Positions 8,150-16,213 of a DNA stretch of 43,769 nt are shown piece by piece; within the stretch, counting starts at the first letter, position 1; every line of letters begins with the position of its first letter. The DNA is from a virus (lineage: Duplodnaviria > Caudoviricetes): the IMG/VR virus record IMGVR_UViG_3300031454_000011, positions 1-43,769 of that record; one strand, written 5' to 3'. The translations under genes were made by a program, and so were the position numbers. The notes beneath the pieces were generated by a model, which worked only from the letters and a program-made list of their open reading frames with translations, did no database searches and was not told the origin of the DNA.

Positions 8150-8434
8150 ATGACAGTAGGACAGACAATTTACAGCCAACTAAAAGCTACATCGGTTCGT
8201 GAAATGATGTGTTGGGGATTTTGCCAACCTATAGATATGGGAGATGGCTTAAAGTTTAAAGTTTCTGGCTTGAAGTTTCGAGGCTATATTTACGTTAAAT
8301 ACGACGAAGGAGCCGACCTTTACATCGTGCAACTAGCGACGATTCGCAAGAAGGAATGGAAAGTTAAGCTTGAAATTAAGGACATCTTTTTCGACGAGCT
8401 AGGGACTACTATCGATAGTTTAGTTGAGATGTAA
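8150..8434 (+). CDS. Conserved-looking phage hypothetical protein
   Basis: TIYSQL...GLKFKVSG.KF.G...YDEGADLY pattern seen in phage early proteins; GAGGA RBS. Confidence 0.75.
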   Translation: MTVGQTIYSQLKATSVREMMCWGFCQPIDMGDGLKFKVSGLKFRGYIYVKYDEGADLYIVQLATIRKKEWKVKLEIKDIFFDELGTTIDSLVEM

Positions 8435-8447
8435 TTTTATATAATCT

Positions 8448-8513
8448 TTATCCTAAGTTTACTTGCTAGACTTAGGATAAGTATATAATAGAAGTATGAT
8501 TGAAGGTAAAACA
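8448..8513 (+). promoter_or_regulatory. Hairpin + promoter cassette, copy C
   Basis: TTATCCTAAGTTTA/TAGACTTAGGATAA hairpin, then AGTATATAATAGAAGTAT. Confidence 0.6.
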
Positions 8514-8627
8514 ATGACTAATAAAACTCAAACTGATCGGACTCAATTAGTAATCTGGCTTTCCTGGGTACTAATTATTATCATGAACGCAGCAACAATA
8601 TGGGGATATTTTAATGGAAGAAATTGA
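8514..8627 (+). CDS. 37-aa single-TM peptide (not in ORF track)
   Basis: MTNKTQTDRTQLVIWLSWVLIIIMNAATIWGYFNGRN, directly after cassette C. Confidence 0.55.
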   Translation: MTNKTQTDRTQLVIWLSWVLIIIMNAATIWGYFNGRN

Positions 8628-8790
8628 GAGTTTGAGAAAAGAGATAAAGGGATTAGAACTCAAATTGATAAGTGTAGAAACAAAAATAGAAGCTTATAAA
8701 GCAGCGATGGGGCAAGTAACAAACTTAGCATTCGGGCTAATCGCAAGCGCTACGATAACCGTTTTAATATCTAATGTTTTAGGAAAATAA
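8614..8790 (+). CDS. 58-aa coiled-coil protein with a C-terminal TM segment (not in ORF track)
   Basis: MEEIESLRKEIKGLELKLISVETKIEAYKAAMGQVTNLAFGLIASATITVLISNVLGK. Confidence 0.65.
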   Translation: MEEIESLRKEIKGLELKLISVETKIEAYKAAMGQVTNLAFGLIASATITVLISNVLGK

Positions 8791-8816
8791 ATTAATCGCC
8801 TCCTATCTATCTACTG

Positions 8817-9098
8817 ATGGGGCTTGTAACTATTATGAATTGTCCTAAATGTAATTCAGGCTATATCGTTAAATCAGGCATTCGTAGGGGTAAACCTGCC
8901 TTGCTGTGCAAAGCTTGCTCCTATCAGTTTGTACAAGGCGCGTTAGTTACTGGTAGACCTAAAACTGATTCCCCTCCCTGTCCTCACTGCCAGGGGGAAG
9001 CTAGGAAACTAGGGATGGATAGGAAAGGTCGGCAGCGCTATCAATGCAAAACTTGCAAGCGGATATCGACTAATGAGACTGAGAAAAACACAATGTAA
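8817..9098 (+). CDS. Tandem IS1 InsA-like zinc-ribbon protein
   Basis: Two ribbons: CPKC...KSG..RGK...CKAC and CPHC...KLG...GRQRYQCKTC. Confidence 0.7.
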   Translation: MGLVTIMNCPKCNSGYIVKSGIRRGKPALLCKACSYQFVQGALVTGRPKTDSPPCPHCQGEARKLGMDRKGRQRYQCKTCKRISTNETEKNTM

Positions 9099-9387
9099 TG
9101 ATTGCCCATTCCTCCCTGACGGAATAAAGCTAGGGCAAAGAAAGATGGAAGAAATTTGTCGTTACTTAGTAGCAGGAGAGAATCACATCTGCCACTCTAC
9201 GAAAGATTCCGTTTGCAAAGGCGGTAGGGATTGGCAGCTTGATGTTTGGTTTGAGCTAGGCATGATTACCGCTCCTACGAACAAGGCTTTAGCACAAGAG
9301 ATGAAAAGTGTAGGAGTAGAACCAAAACAACACATTTGCAGCAATGTAGGAGAAGTTAGTGATGACCCAACTGGAATCAAAGATTAG
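9073..9387 (+). CDS. Cys-rich hypothetical protein
   Basis: CNDCPF...HICH...CKG pattern. Confidence 0.7.
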   Translation: MRLRKTQCNDCPFLPDGIKLGQRKMEEICRYLVAGENHICHSTKDSVCKGGRDWQLDVWFELGMITAPTNKALAQEMKSVGVEPKQHICSNVGEVSDDPTGIKD

Positions 9388-9537
9388 ACAGCAGGCGATC
9401 GCGTCGAAGTGCCAGCTATTCCTTAAGCAGGGAGAAAGCAAACCTCGACGAGACTGCCCTCGCTCTTGCAACTACGTCCGCTTTGCTCCTGATGGCAGTG
9501 TCTACGATGGTTCGTCCTCTTAACTATTAATATTACA

Positions 9538-9577
9538 AAACCGCCCCTACTGAGTAGCAGAGGCGGTTCTTATTTTA
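9538..9577. terminator. Bidirectional terminator-like hairpin
   Basis: AAAACCGCCCCT...AGAGGCGGTTCTTATTTT between convergent genes. Confidence 0.55.
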
Positions 9578-9811
9578 GCTTCTAACTAATGCTTTACTAA
9601 TCAGCTTAATGTCAAAATCTACTAAGCTCCAACGCTCTTTTTGTTGCTTTCTGTAATCTGGATTTAAGCTTGAATGATTCCTGTATTGGTAGCGGCAGTA
9701 ACAGGTTGTCTCGTCTCCATAAAGTAGCTCTTTCACTAAGAATGTATCGTCAATTAGTTCTACTTGGTAGTAGGTGCGGCTAGTGGTGTTTTTTAAAAGT
9801 GTAGTTTTCAT
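9575..9811 (-). CDS. Hypothetical early protein
   Basis: ORF after the inverted cassette copy D, with an AAGGAG RBS. Confidence 0.7.
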   Translation of the reverse strand: MKTTLLKNTTSRTYYQVELIDDTFLVKELLYGDETTCYCRYQYRNHSSLNPDYRKQQKERWSLVDFDIKLISKALVRS

Positions 9812-9821
9812 TAATCTTGTC

Positions 9822-9966
9822 TCCTTTGCTGCTTATACTTCTATTGTATACTCAATTATTACTAAATAGGTAAAGCGCCGATAAAGATTTGCATTTAGAT
9901 AATTTACATTAACTTTACCTACTGCAAAACAAGTGAGTATACAATAGAAGTATAAGCAGCAAAGGA
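9822..9966. repeat. Perfect 33-bp inverted repeat formed by back-to-back promoter cassettes D and E
   Basis: 9822-9854 is the reverse complement of 9934-9966 (TGAGTATACAATAGAAGTATAAGCAGCAAAGGA). Confidence 0.9.
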
Positions 9967-9975
9967 ACTAAAGCA

Positions 9976-10128
9976 ATGTATCAAGTAAGAGAATCAGCTA
10001 AGTCTAACAAACCAGAAGATAGAGGAGCGCTAGTCGAGCAATTTGAAAGTTTTACTGGTGCAAAGGTTTGGCTAGATACAAAGATGAATGCAGGAGAGGA
10101 GCGCAACCTTTATATTTGTAAAGCGTAA
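9976..10128 (+). CDS. 50-aa hypothetical protein (not in ORF track)
   Basis: MYQVRESAKSNKPEDRGALVEQFESF..., directly after cassette E. Confidence 0.65.
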   Translation: MYQVRESAKSNKPEDRGALVEQFESFTGAKVWLDTKMNAGEERNLYICKA

Positions 10129-10134
10129 TCGATA

Positions 10135-10163
10135 AAGACCTGAGCCAGTCTTAAAACGGCTCA
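10135..10163 (+). ncRNA. Putative H-type pseudoknot element
   Basis: AAGAC pairs with GTCTT and TGAGCC pairs with GGCTCA, with the stems interleaved. Confidence 0.4.
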
Positions 10164-10191
10164 ACACTTAAACAATAAAAGAGTTAAATAA

Positions 10192-10371
10192 ATGAGTAAA
10201 ATTCAACAGCAGTGCCTTAAAGAAAAAGCAGCGATGTTACTAAGCAAAAAAGTTTCAATGATTAAGAATGTTGAGGAGCATTACAACGGCGCTACGGTTT
10301 ATATGAAATCTGGTTGTATGCCTTGGATAAACATACCTTTAGAGCATTGGATAGGTGAGGAGATAGATTAA
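10192..10371 (+). CDS. 59-aa hypothetical protein (not in ORF track)
   Basis: MSKIQQQCLKEKAAMLLSKK...; fills the gap up to the convergent nuclease gene. Confidence 0.55.
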   Translation: MSKIQQQCLKEKAAMLLSKKVSMIKNVEEHYNGATVYMKSGCMPWINIPLEHWIGEEID

Positions 10372-11069
10372 TAGTTTGCTTCTAATTTCTCAAGCGTCTG
10401 TAAAGCAAATTCATCAGGCGCTTGAAGATGCCAATACTGTTTTACTCTTTGTATCCACATCCGCCAGAACTTACCTAACTGAAACTTAAATACTTGCGCC
10501 TCCTGCTCAGAATTAGCTGCAACAATTACTCCTTGCTTAATCTTTAGCCCATACATCCGATTAACCGCGCCGCAATAAGCGGCTAGTTGTAGCAAATAAC
10601 GTTCTGGTATCTCAGTTTTGGGCTGCTCTGAGGTTTTCCAGTCAATGATACTAAGCTCTCCTTCAAACTCTGCTGCAAGGTCTACAGTTCCTGCATAGCA
10701 GCCGATGTCGTGCCATATAGCAGATTCGATTAGTTGAGGATTAGTAATAAGAGGTAGGGTAGTTTTTACCGATTCGAGGTATGGATTGACTGCGGCGAAT
10801 GTGTCTGGAGTAACGTCAAATTCCATCTGTAACGCGCCCATAAACTCGTATTGCATCGCTTGGTGAAACAGCGTACCGCGATCGCAAGCTGCTTTACTCT
10901 TCGCTGCATTCTCAGGAGTCTCGCGCCATTGCTTCCATTGCTTTGCAATATCTGGGCGTGTAGCATCTTGCACACTTCCTACACCGGGAAATAGATGATC
11001 ACCTATTTGATAGAATCGTCCTGAATCAGTATAGACGTGCATAGGTTCAGGGTTGTAATGAGTGAGCAT
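10368..11069 (-). CDS. PD-(D/E)XK (Cas4/RecB-like) exonuclease
   Basis: RGTLFH, YAGTVDL, IIDWKTS and QLAAY motifs. Confidence 0.88.
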   Translation of the reverse strand: MLTHYNPEPMHVYTDSGRFYQIGDHLFPGVGSVQDATRPDIAKQWKQWRETPENAAKSKAACDRGTLFHQAMQYEFMGALQMEFDVTPDTFAAVNPYLESVKTTLPLITNPQLIESAIWHDIGCYAGTVDLAAEFEGELSIIDWKTSEQPKTEIPERYLLQLAAYCGAVNRMYGLKIKQGVIVAANSEQEAQVFKFQLGKFWRMWIQRVKQYWHLQAPDEFALQTLEKLEANY

Positions 11070-11192
11070 TGTGGAATAATTAAGAGTAAGGGAAGGATAG
11101 GCGTGGGAGGAGGCTGCTGGTGCAGGACTCGCCCCTTAGATGGGGAATTGCTGACCCGTTCGATTCGGGATTCCTTCCCTCTAATTTCATTA

Positions 11193-11702
11193 CTATTTTT
11201 TAGGAACCCAAGCTTTACCAAACTCTTGCTTTCCTGCTTGCTCTGGCATCCCAGCGCGATTATTGAGCCTTACTACTTCCTCGCGTTCCATCCCTAATCG
11301 CTTCATTAGCTCCTCTTGTGAGACTCCAGCTTCTAAAATCTCGCGAATGATTTGCGCCATCTTGAGGACGGTATGAGTTCCCCTAGCGCGATTATGTCTG
11401 ATGGTACTTAGTTGACGATGTACCAAATCAGCTTTTACTTGAACTGTAGGTACTAAACCATTAGTTAAGCGGTAGATGCGATCATCGCTACTGACTAGCC
11501 AACGGTGATAACCATCGATAATTTGATACCTTTCATTTTGTTCGGGCAAAGTAACGATTGGTTGCGTCCAGCCATCTTCTAGGATTGAGGTTTTGAGTAA
11601 TTCAAGTTCTGTAGCTTGCACTCGGTTCGGATTATAAAGGTTCGGGTCTAAATCATCTCTAGATACCCAATTCACATTAGATATAGGTTGGTTATCAAAC
11701 AC
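11193..11702 (-). CDS. ParB/Srx-like nuclease-domain protein (IbrB-like)
   Basis: PNLYNPNRV...SILEDGWTQPIV...IIDGYHRW...STIRHNRARGTH. Confidence 0.88.
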   Translation of the reverse strand: MFDNQPISNVNWVSRDDLDPNLYNPNRVQATELELLKTSILEDGWTQPIVTLPEQNERYQIIDGYHRWLVSSDDRIYRLTNGLVPTVQVKADLVHRQLSTIRHNRARGTHTVLKMAQIIREILEAGVSQEELMKRLGMEREEVVRLNNRAGMPEQAGKQEFGKAWVPKK

Positions 11703-12870
11703 CTAATTCCAGCGCCTCCTCGTAAGTAATTCCTAGCTTTTTGCATTGGGCTTGGGCGTGTTTTAGTAACTGCCCGGCTTTTCTCCCTTTCAAGTCTCCC
11801 TGGTTGATACATTTAGCTATCCACTTCCAGCTAAGTCCTGTTAATGGGTCTGGCTCGGTTTCAGGGATGGTGCGCTTAGTTTTAGATTGATGTAGTTTAA
11901 TCATTCCAGCTACGCTTTTAGCTATCTGTACCTTATCTTCCGGTTCGTATAGTTCAATTAAGGAGTAACACCAATCTCGATAACGCATCCCTGGAGGCGG
12001 TTCTTTACTCGATGTACCATACAAATCTGTTAAAGCATACCTCCAGGCAGTAGCTACCCCATCTACGCGCGTTAGCATTTTCTCCCATAGGTCAGGGAAG
12101 CATTCGGCATACTGCCATAAACCGTTAAGCGGTTCTTCTCCAAAGGGCGGTGTTACGCGCTGTAAGTTCTTTGATATACCTACCATCGCTTGGATATCAT
12201 AATGGCGGTTATAGTCCCAGCCATGAAGCTGCGGCGCTATCCAGACATCATCTATCGACCAATCATAGACAGGACTTGTTGGGTAATAATTACCATACTT
12301 CCCTGCCGCGTTTTGACCTATCCAGTTATCAGTTTCGCGCCTAGTTACGCTTTGTAATCGCCTAATACTCTCAGCCGTCCTTATCCCTCGGATGCAAGCG
12401 ACGTTACCGTAGGGATGAGGCGGATACAGTAGCGCCATGATATCCGGTACATTCATCCCAATTTGAAAACCTGAGATACTGGTAATTGCTCCTATAGGTA
12501 GTTCTCTTACCCATTTGCTCCTATCATCAGGATGCCAAGGATACCAATAAGGCTGGCTTCTACTGCAAGCATTACGATGTTTAACTGGTACGCACACCCA
12601 TTTAAAAGTTACGTCAGCGCGCGATCGCACTCGCTCTAGATACTCCTCAGTTTCAAAAGTAATTGCTTCTTCATCAATAAAGCAAACTTCTAAGGGTAGT
12701 CGATTACGCTTATGAGCTACTTCCAACGCTAAATTCAGGCAAACTGTAGAATCTTTACCGCCGCTAAAGCTTACCATTACCGTATCGAATCTATCGTACA
12801 GTAGGTTAATTCGAGCGATTGCTGCCTCATAAACTGACGAACTGGTATGATGCTTTTTTAAACTAGGCAC
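11695..12870 (-). CDS. PAPS-reductase-like PP-loop protein (IbrA/DUF3440-like)
   Basis: SFSGGKDS, GIRTAESIRR, PVYDWSIDDVW and RVTPPFGEE motifs. Confidence 0.88.
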   Translation of the reverse strand: MPSLKKHHTSSSVYEAAIARINLLYDRFDTVMVSFSGGKDSTVCLNLALEVAHKRNRLPLEVCFIDEEAITFETEEYLERVRSRADVTFKWVCVPVKHRNACSRSQPYWYPWHPDDRSKWVRELPIGAITSISGFQIGMNVPDIMALLYPPHPYGNVACIRGIRTAESIRRLQSVTRRETDNWIGQNAAGKYGNYYPTSPVYDWSIDDVWIAPQLHGWDYNRHYDIQAMVGISKNLQRVTPPFGEEPLNGLWQYAECFPDLWEKMLTRVDGVATAWRYALTDLYGTSSKEPPPGMRYRDWCYSLIELYEPEDKVQIAKSVAGMIKLHQSKTKRTIPETEPDPLTGLSWKWIAKCINQGDLKGRKAGQLLKHAQAQCKKLGITYEEALELGV

Positions 12871-13564
12871 GAGTTTTTACTCTTTCTATTTTGGATGCTG
12901 AAACGCCATCTATCATCGTGCGATTGAGCATCGGGTGGTTCTCGTCGGTAGGACCATAGTCAGAATCAGGATGATAAGCGATTACTATTAATTCCTCATC
13001 TCTCGTACTAAACGAATGATACTCATCTTTTGGAATTAGAAATGCTAACCCTGGCTCTAGTGCAATACATCCTTCTTCAGTGACGCATTCTCCCCAACCA
13101 CTGACGACAACACCTGCTCTAAAACTTGGATGGGTATGTGGCGTTTGCTCGCAATGTGGTGGGAAGTACAGCGCGTTAAGGCATGGATCGCCTTCTATAA
13201 TAGGCGGTATCAATAAGGAATCAGAACAGCCATCGATGTACCGTAACCTACCATAGGGTTCGATAGGACCGCCAAAGGTAAACATCCCTTTATATCCTCT
13301 AGCCGTAATGATTACCCCTTCACCATCCCCCCATAGCGTCCCATTGCTAGGCAAAGCACAATACATCCCTGCTCCTAAGCTAAAGGTATAGGTAGTATGC
13401 GGATTATTCCAAACAGCGCGACCTGAATAGACGTAAACAAAATGGGTAGCATTACCAGTCAGATGCTTAATTTCATGCTTCCAGGTGTGCATTGTAGTCG
13501 GGATTTCATCATCTAGGTTTACAGATGAGCCATTTAATTGATAAGTGGTAAATGATTTATTCAT
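12863..13564 (-). CDS. Cupin-domain protein
   Basis: QTPHTHPSFRAGVVVSGWG...HSF metal-binding cupin motifs; also LRYIDGCSDSLL. Confidence 0.82.
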   Translation of the reverse strand: MNKSFTTYQLNGSSVNLDDEIPTTMHTWKHEIKHLTGNATHFVYVYSGRAVWNNPHTTYTFSLGAGMYCALPSNGTLWGDGEGVIITARGYKGMFTFGGPIEPYGRLRYIDGCSDSLLIPPIIEGDPCLNALYFPPHCEQTPHTHPSFRAGVVVSGWGECVTEEGCIALEPGLAFLIPKDEYHSFSTRDEELIVIAYHPDSDYGPTDENHPMLNRTMIDGVSASKIERVKTRA

Positions 13565-14204
13565 GGTTTAAATAATCCTGTACTATTGCATCTAACGCTT
13601 CTGCTGTCGTCTCTAATCCATGCTTACTTTTTACTTCATTTATAGCTAAAAATAACCTTTCTCGCTGCTCTTGGCTCAATAAAACGTGAAATGGTAGCAA
13701 ATCTGATTGCTCTCCAGTTTTCTCTACTTCTACGCGCTTTTTATCTTCTTTGGTTGGCTCGTTTCCCATTCCTTCAAAAGCAGCTAAATCAAAACTATCG
13801 TTAACTAAAGCAAGTTCAGTTTCATTCCAGAGGTTAGTAGAGATGAGCAAGTCTATATCAGCCGTAAGTATATCTGCATCCCAGCTTAAATCTAACTCTC
13901 CAATTCGGTTATCTGAGTACGCCAGGAGTCGAGCGCGATCGTCTTCCTCTAGGTCTAAATCATCTCTGACTACTACTACTAACTTATCGCCTTGGGTATG
14001 GACTAGCTCAGTTTCTAATCCTAGTTCTAGCGCTTGCTCATAAGTCTTATTACCTGCTAAAAGCGTCCCGTTGCGATCGCATAAAACAGACCTACCCGCT
14101 CCTAGCTGCTCTAATGATTCGCGCAACAGTTGCTTGCCTCTATTCGTCCCCTTGTTAGCATTAAATTCATCAAACTTCAGAGTCAACTTTTCTTTACTAG
14201 CCAT
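13557..14204 (-). CDS. ParB/Srx-like N-terminal domain protein (type often fused to phage methylases)
   Basis: NANKGT.RG...SL..LGAGRSVL.D...LAGNKT...DNRIGEL..WD. Confidence 0.7.
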   Translation of the reverse strand: MASKEKLTLKFDEFNANKGTNRGKQLLRESLEQLGAGRSVLCDRNGTLLAGNKTYEQALELGLETELVHTQGDKLVVVVRDDLDLEEDDRARLLAYSDNRIGELDLSWDADILTADIDLLISTNLWNETELALVNDSFDLAAFEGMGNEPTKEDKKRVEVEKTGEQSDLLPFHVLLSQEQRERLFLAINEVKSKHGLETTAEALDAIVQDYLNHE

Positions 14205-14749
14205 TCTCTTTCTCTCCCTTTCCTAGGCATTACTACAAACATAAACCCGCGCCGCTCAAAGATACCATCACTCAGCTTAGGAATCGAGTTTAATTGCAGC
14301 AATTGCAGTAGGTAGGAGGTAGGTATAAGCCATTTCTGCTCATTAATCTCTCCTAGCATCCTTAAGCGCTCTTGTTCTGCTTTTAAGGGTTGCAATGGGT
14401 CTAAGGGAGGTAGTAGCTGAATTGTTGTAGGGCTTGCTACAGGTATCACTTGCGATTGGGTTATATCCCCACCTAGTACAATACTTGCACAATCTTCTAG
14501 CTTTGCCCCATTACGTTCTAAGCACTTGTTAAGGCTATCTAAAGCCTCCACTGCATCCATTGAAACGTAATAGGTTCTATTGTCCATGCCCCTTGTAGCT
14601 ACAATGCCTAAAGCATTCATCCGATTTGTTAAGGTACTACGCGATTTAAGGTTATAGCGTTTTACTAGCTCCGTTGTCGTTAATCCATCTACCATCGCCT
14701 CCAATGGTTGCACTGAATCCTCTGGAACCTGTATATTATCTACCATCAT
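14183..14749 (-). CDS. HTH-like DNA-binding protein
   Basis: TTTELVKRYNLKSRSTLTNRMNALGI; first gene of the operon. Confidence 0.6.
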   Translation of the reverse strand: MMVDNIQVPEDSVQPLEAMVDGLTTTELVKRYNLKSRSTLTNRMNALGIVATRGMDNRTYYVSMDAVEALDSLNKCLERNGAKLEDCASIVLGGDITQSQVIPVASPTTIQLLPPLDPLQPLKAEQERLRMLGEINEQKWLIPTSYLLQLLQLNSIPKLSDGIFERRGFMFVVMPRKGREREWLVKKS

Positions 14750-14870
14750 TAATCCTTTATTGCTAGTTCCACTGGCTCCATTGAAACCAGTGGAGGTACT
14801 AAGTAGATTCTAGGGGAGTAATGCTCGTTTTTGCAATTTCTTACTTTTAGCGCTTAGGAGCAATTTATCG

Positions 14871-15049
14871 ATGAGCGATGTAAAACTAATTTGGATAACA
14901 CCAGACGCGGAATCTTTGATGGGGATGAATTTGAGGATGATAGCTTAATCGACAAGTATTGTACGCACTATTCTACTTGGGAGGAAGCAGAAGCTGGGCA
15001 TTATGCAGTAGTTGCATTAATTAGGAACAAAGATGCGAGTTGTTTTTGA
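14871..15049 (+). pseudogene. Probable deletion scar: thyX-like 5' stub joined out of frame to the 3' end of another phage gene
   Basis: MSDVKLIWITPDAESLM after AGGAG resembles the ThyX N-terminus. An overlapping frame with no start encodes IFDG...YCTHYSTWEEAEAGH. Confidence 0.45.
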
Positions 15050-15144
15050 ATGAATGAGTAGCAATATACTCACTCATTCGATTTAAAGGAGCGATCGCAG
15101 CTTTAAATGTTACTTTAAGAAGAGCGCAAAATCCTAACTTTAAA

Positions 15145-15366
15145 ATGAGCGAAACGCAAACTATTGAGCTTGACCATCTGCAAGCAATTTTGACGGAACA
15201 AGCGCGGATTGCTCTAGTTAATTATGATGCGGCTCAAAAGAATCAACTTTCACTTTGTAAGTTATCAGAGATTGTAGCCTTGCAATCAAAGCAAGTAGCC
15301 GTTTTGATAGCTACCGTTGGCGATTTATTGGAAGCGCTTGAGCAAAGTAGATTCTCCGCGCGTTAA
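15145..15366 (+). CDS. Hypothetical helical protein
   Basis: 73-aa ORF. Confidence 0.55.
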   Translation: MSETQTIELDHLQAILTEQARIALVNYDAAQKNQLSLCKLSEIVALQSKQVAVLIATVGDLLEALEQSRFSAR

Positions 15367-15465
15367 TAATTCCGCTATGGTGTATGCGATCGCTCAAGTC
15401 TTAAAAACCTTTGCAACAAACAAGGAGCATTGTGTTTTTGAGGACAGGACTTGAGCGATCTATCA

Positions 15466-16143
15466 CTAGCTCCAGTTAGGACGACCAAAGCCCTGGATTA
15501 CGCCCATTGGTCTTACCCTACGTTGCACTTGTCCCCCATTTGAATTATTTGAGGCGCTGGTGTTGCCCTCAATTGTAGTAACTGTCCCGTCAGAGTTAAC
15601 TTTTTCTACAATGCCTACGTGGTCGGAGATACCATCTTTCTGCCAATCGAAAAATACTACGTCCCCAGCCTTGGGCTGCTTAAAAAACTGCCCTTTATCT
15701 CTGAACCATTTTACACCATAGGGGCAGTAAGCAAAGCCTTTAGGGGTAGTAGCAGGCAACGGCAGCCCCGCGTGGTAAAACACCCACGATACCCATGAAG
15801 CACACCAAGGCTGCCCTTGCGCCCCATACCAAGCTCCAAATTTACTTTTGTTGCTCCCTGCTGGAGATTCAGAGTAGCCTAGGGTTGATGCGGCTAGAGC
15901 TAAAACAACACTTGGAGTACACCGTACTTTTTCCATCAGTTTTTTGGCAGTAGTAGGGCCTAAGTAATCCGGCTCTCCTAAACTATTTGATTTCTTAAAA
16001 TGATAGAAAGCTGTCAATGTTTGCGGACCACACTCGCCATCTACATCTACACCAAGTCGCTGTTGAACTGCTTGAATAATGTCAAGCGATGCGTCTACTA
16101 ATTTTATCTGCGTAGTAATTGTTTCTAATATATTCGTAGCCAT
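15466..16143 (-). CDS. Endolysin: peptidoglycan-binding domain plus CHAP amidase
   Basis: VDGECGPQT binding motif; PWCASWVSW, DHVGIV and TIEGNT CHAP motifs. Confidence 0.9.
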   Translation of the reverse strand: MATNILETITTQIKLVDASLDIIQAVQQRLGVDVDGECGPQTLTAFYHFKKSNSLGEPDYLGPTTAKKLMEKVRCTPSVVLALAASTLGYSESPAGSNKSKFGAWYGAQGQPWCASWVSWVFYHAGLPLPATTPKGFAYCPYGVKWFRDKGQFFKQPKAGDVVFFDWQKDGISDHVGIVEKVNSDGTVTTIEGNTSASNNSNGGQVQRRVRPMGVIQGFGRPNWS

Positions 16144-16149
16144 AATTTT

Positions 16150-16176
16150 AAAAAAGCCCCGGTAACAAATCGGGGC
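16150..16176 (-). terminator. Terminator-like hairpin immediately upstream of the endolysin
   Basis: Minus strand reads GCCCCG-ATTTGTTAC-CGGGGC-TTTTTT. Confidence 0.6.
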
Positions 16177-16213
16177 AACCTAACTCAAATGAATACTTAT
16201 AGCTTGCCCATTT

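Noticed and set aside
8817-9098. Active IS1 element
   Set aside because: No catalytic ORF, terminal inverted repeats or target duplication seen.
7465-9975. Repeated units as a CRISPR array or integron attC sites
   Set aside because: The repeats are degenerate, irregularly spaced, separated by whole genes and contain -10/RBS elements; no cas or integrase gene is present.
10368-11069. Cas4 as evidence of a CRISPR system
   Set aside because: It is a stand-alone phage PD-(D/E)XK exonuclease with no Fe-S cysteine set, array or other cas genes.
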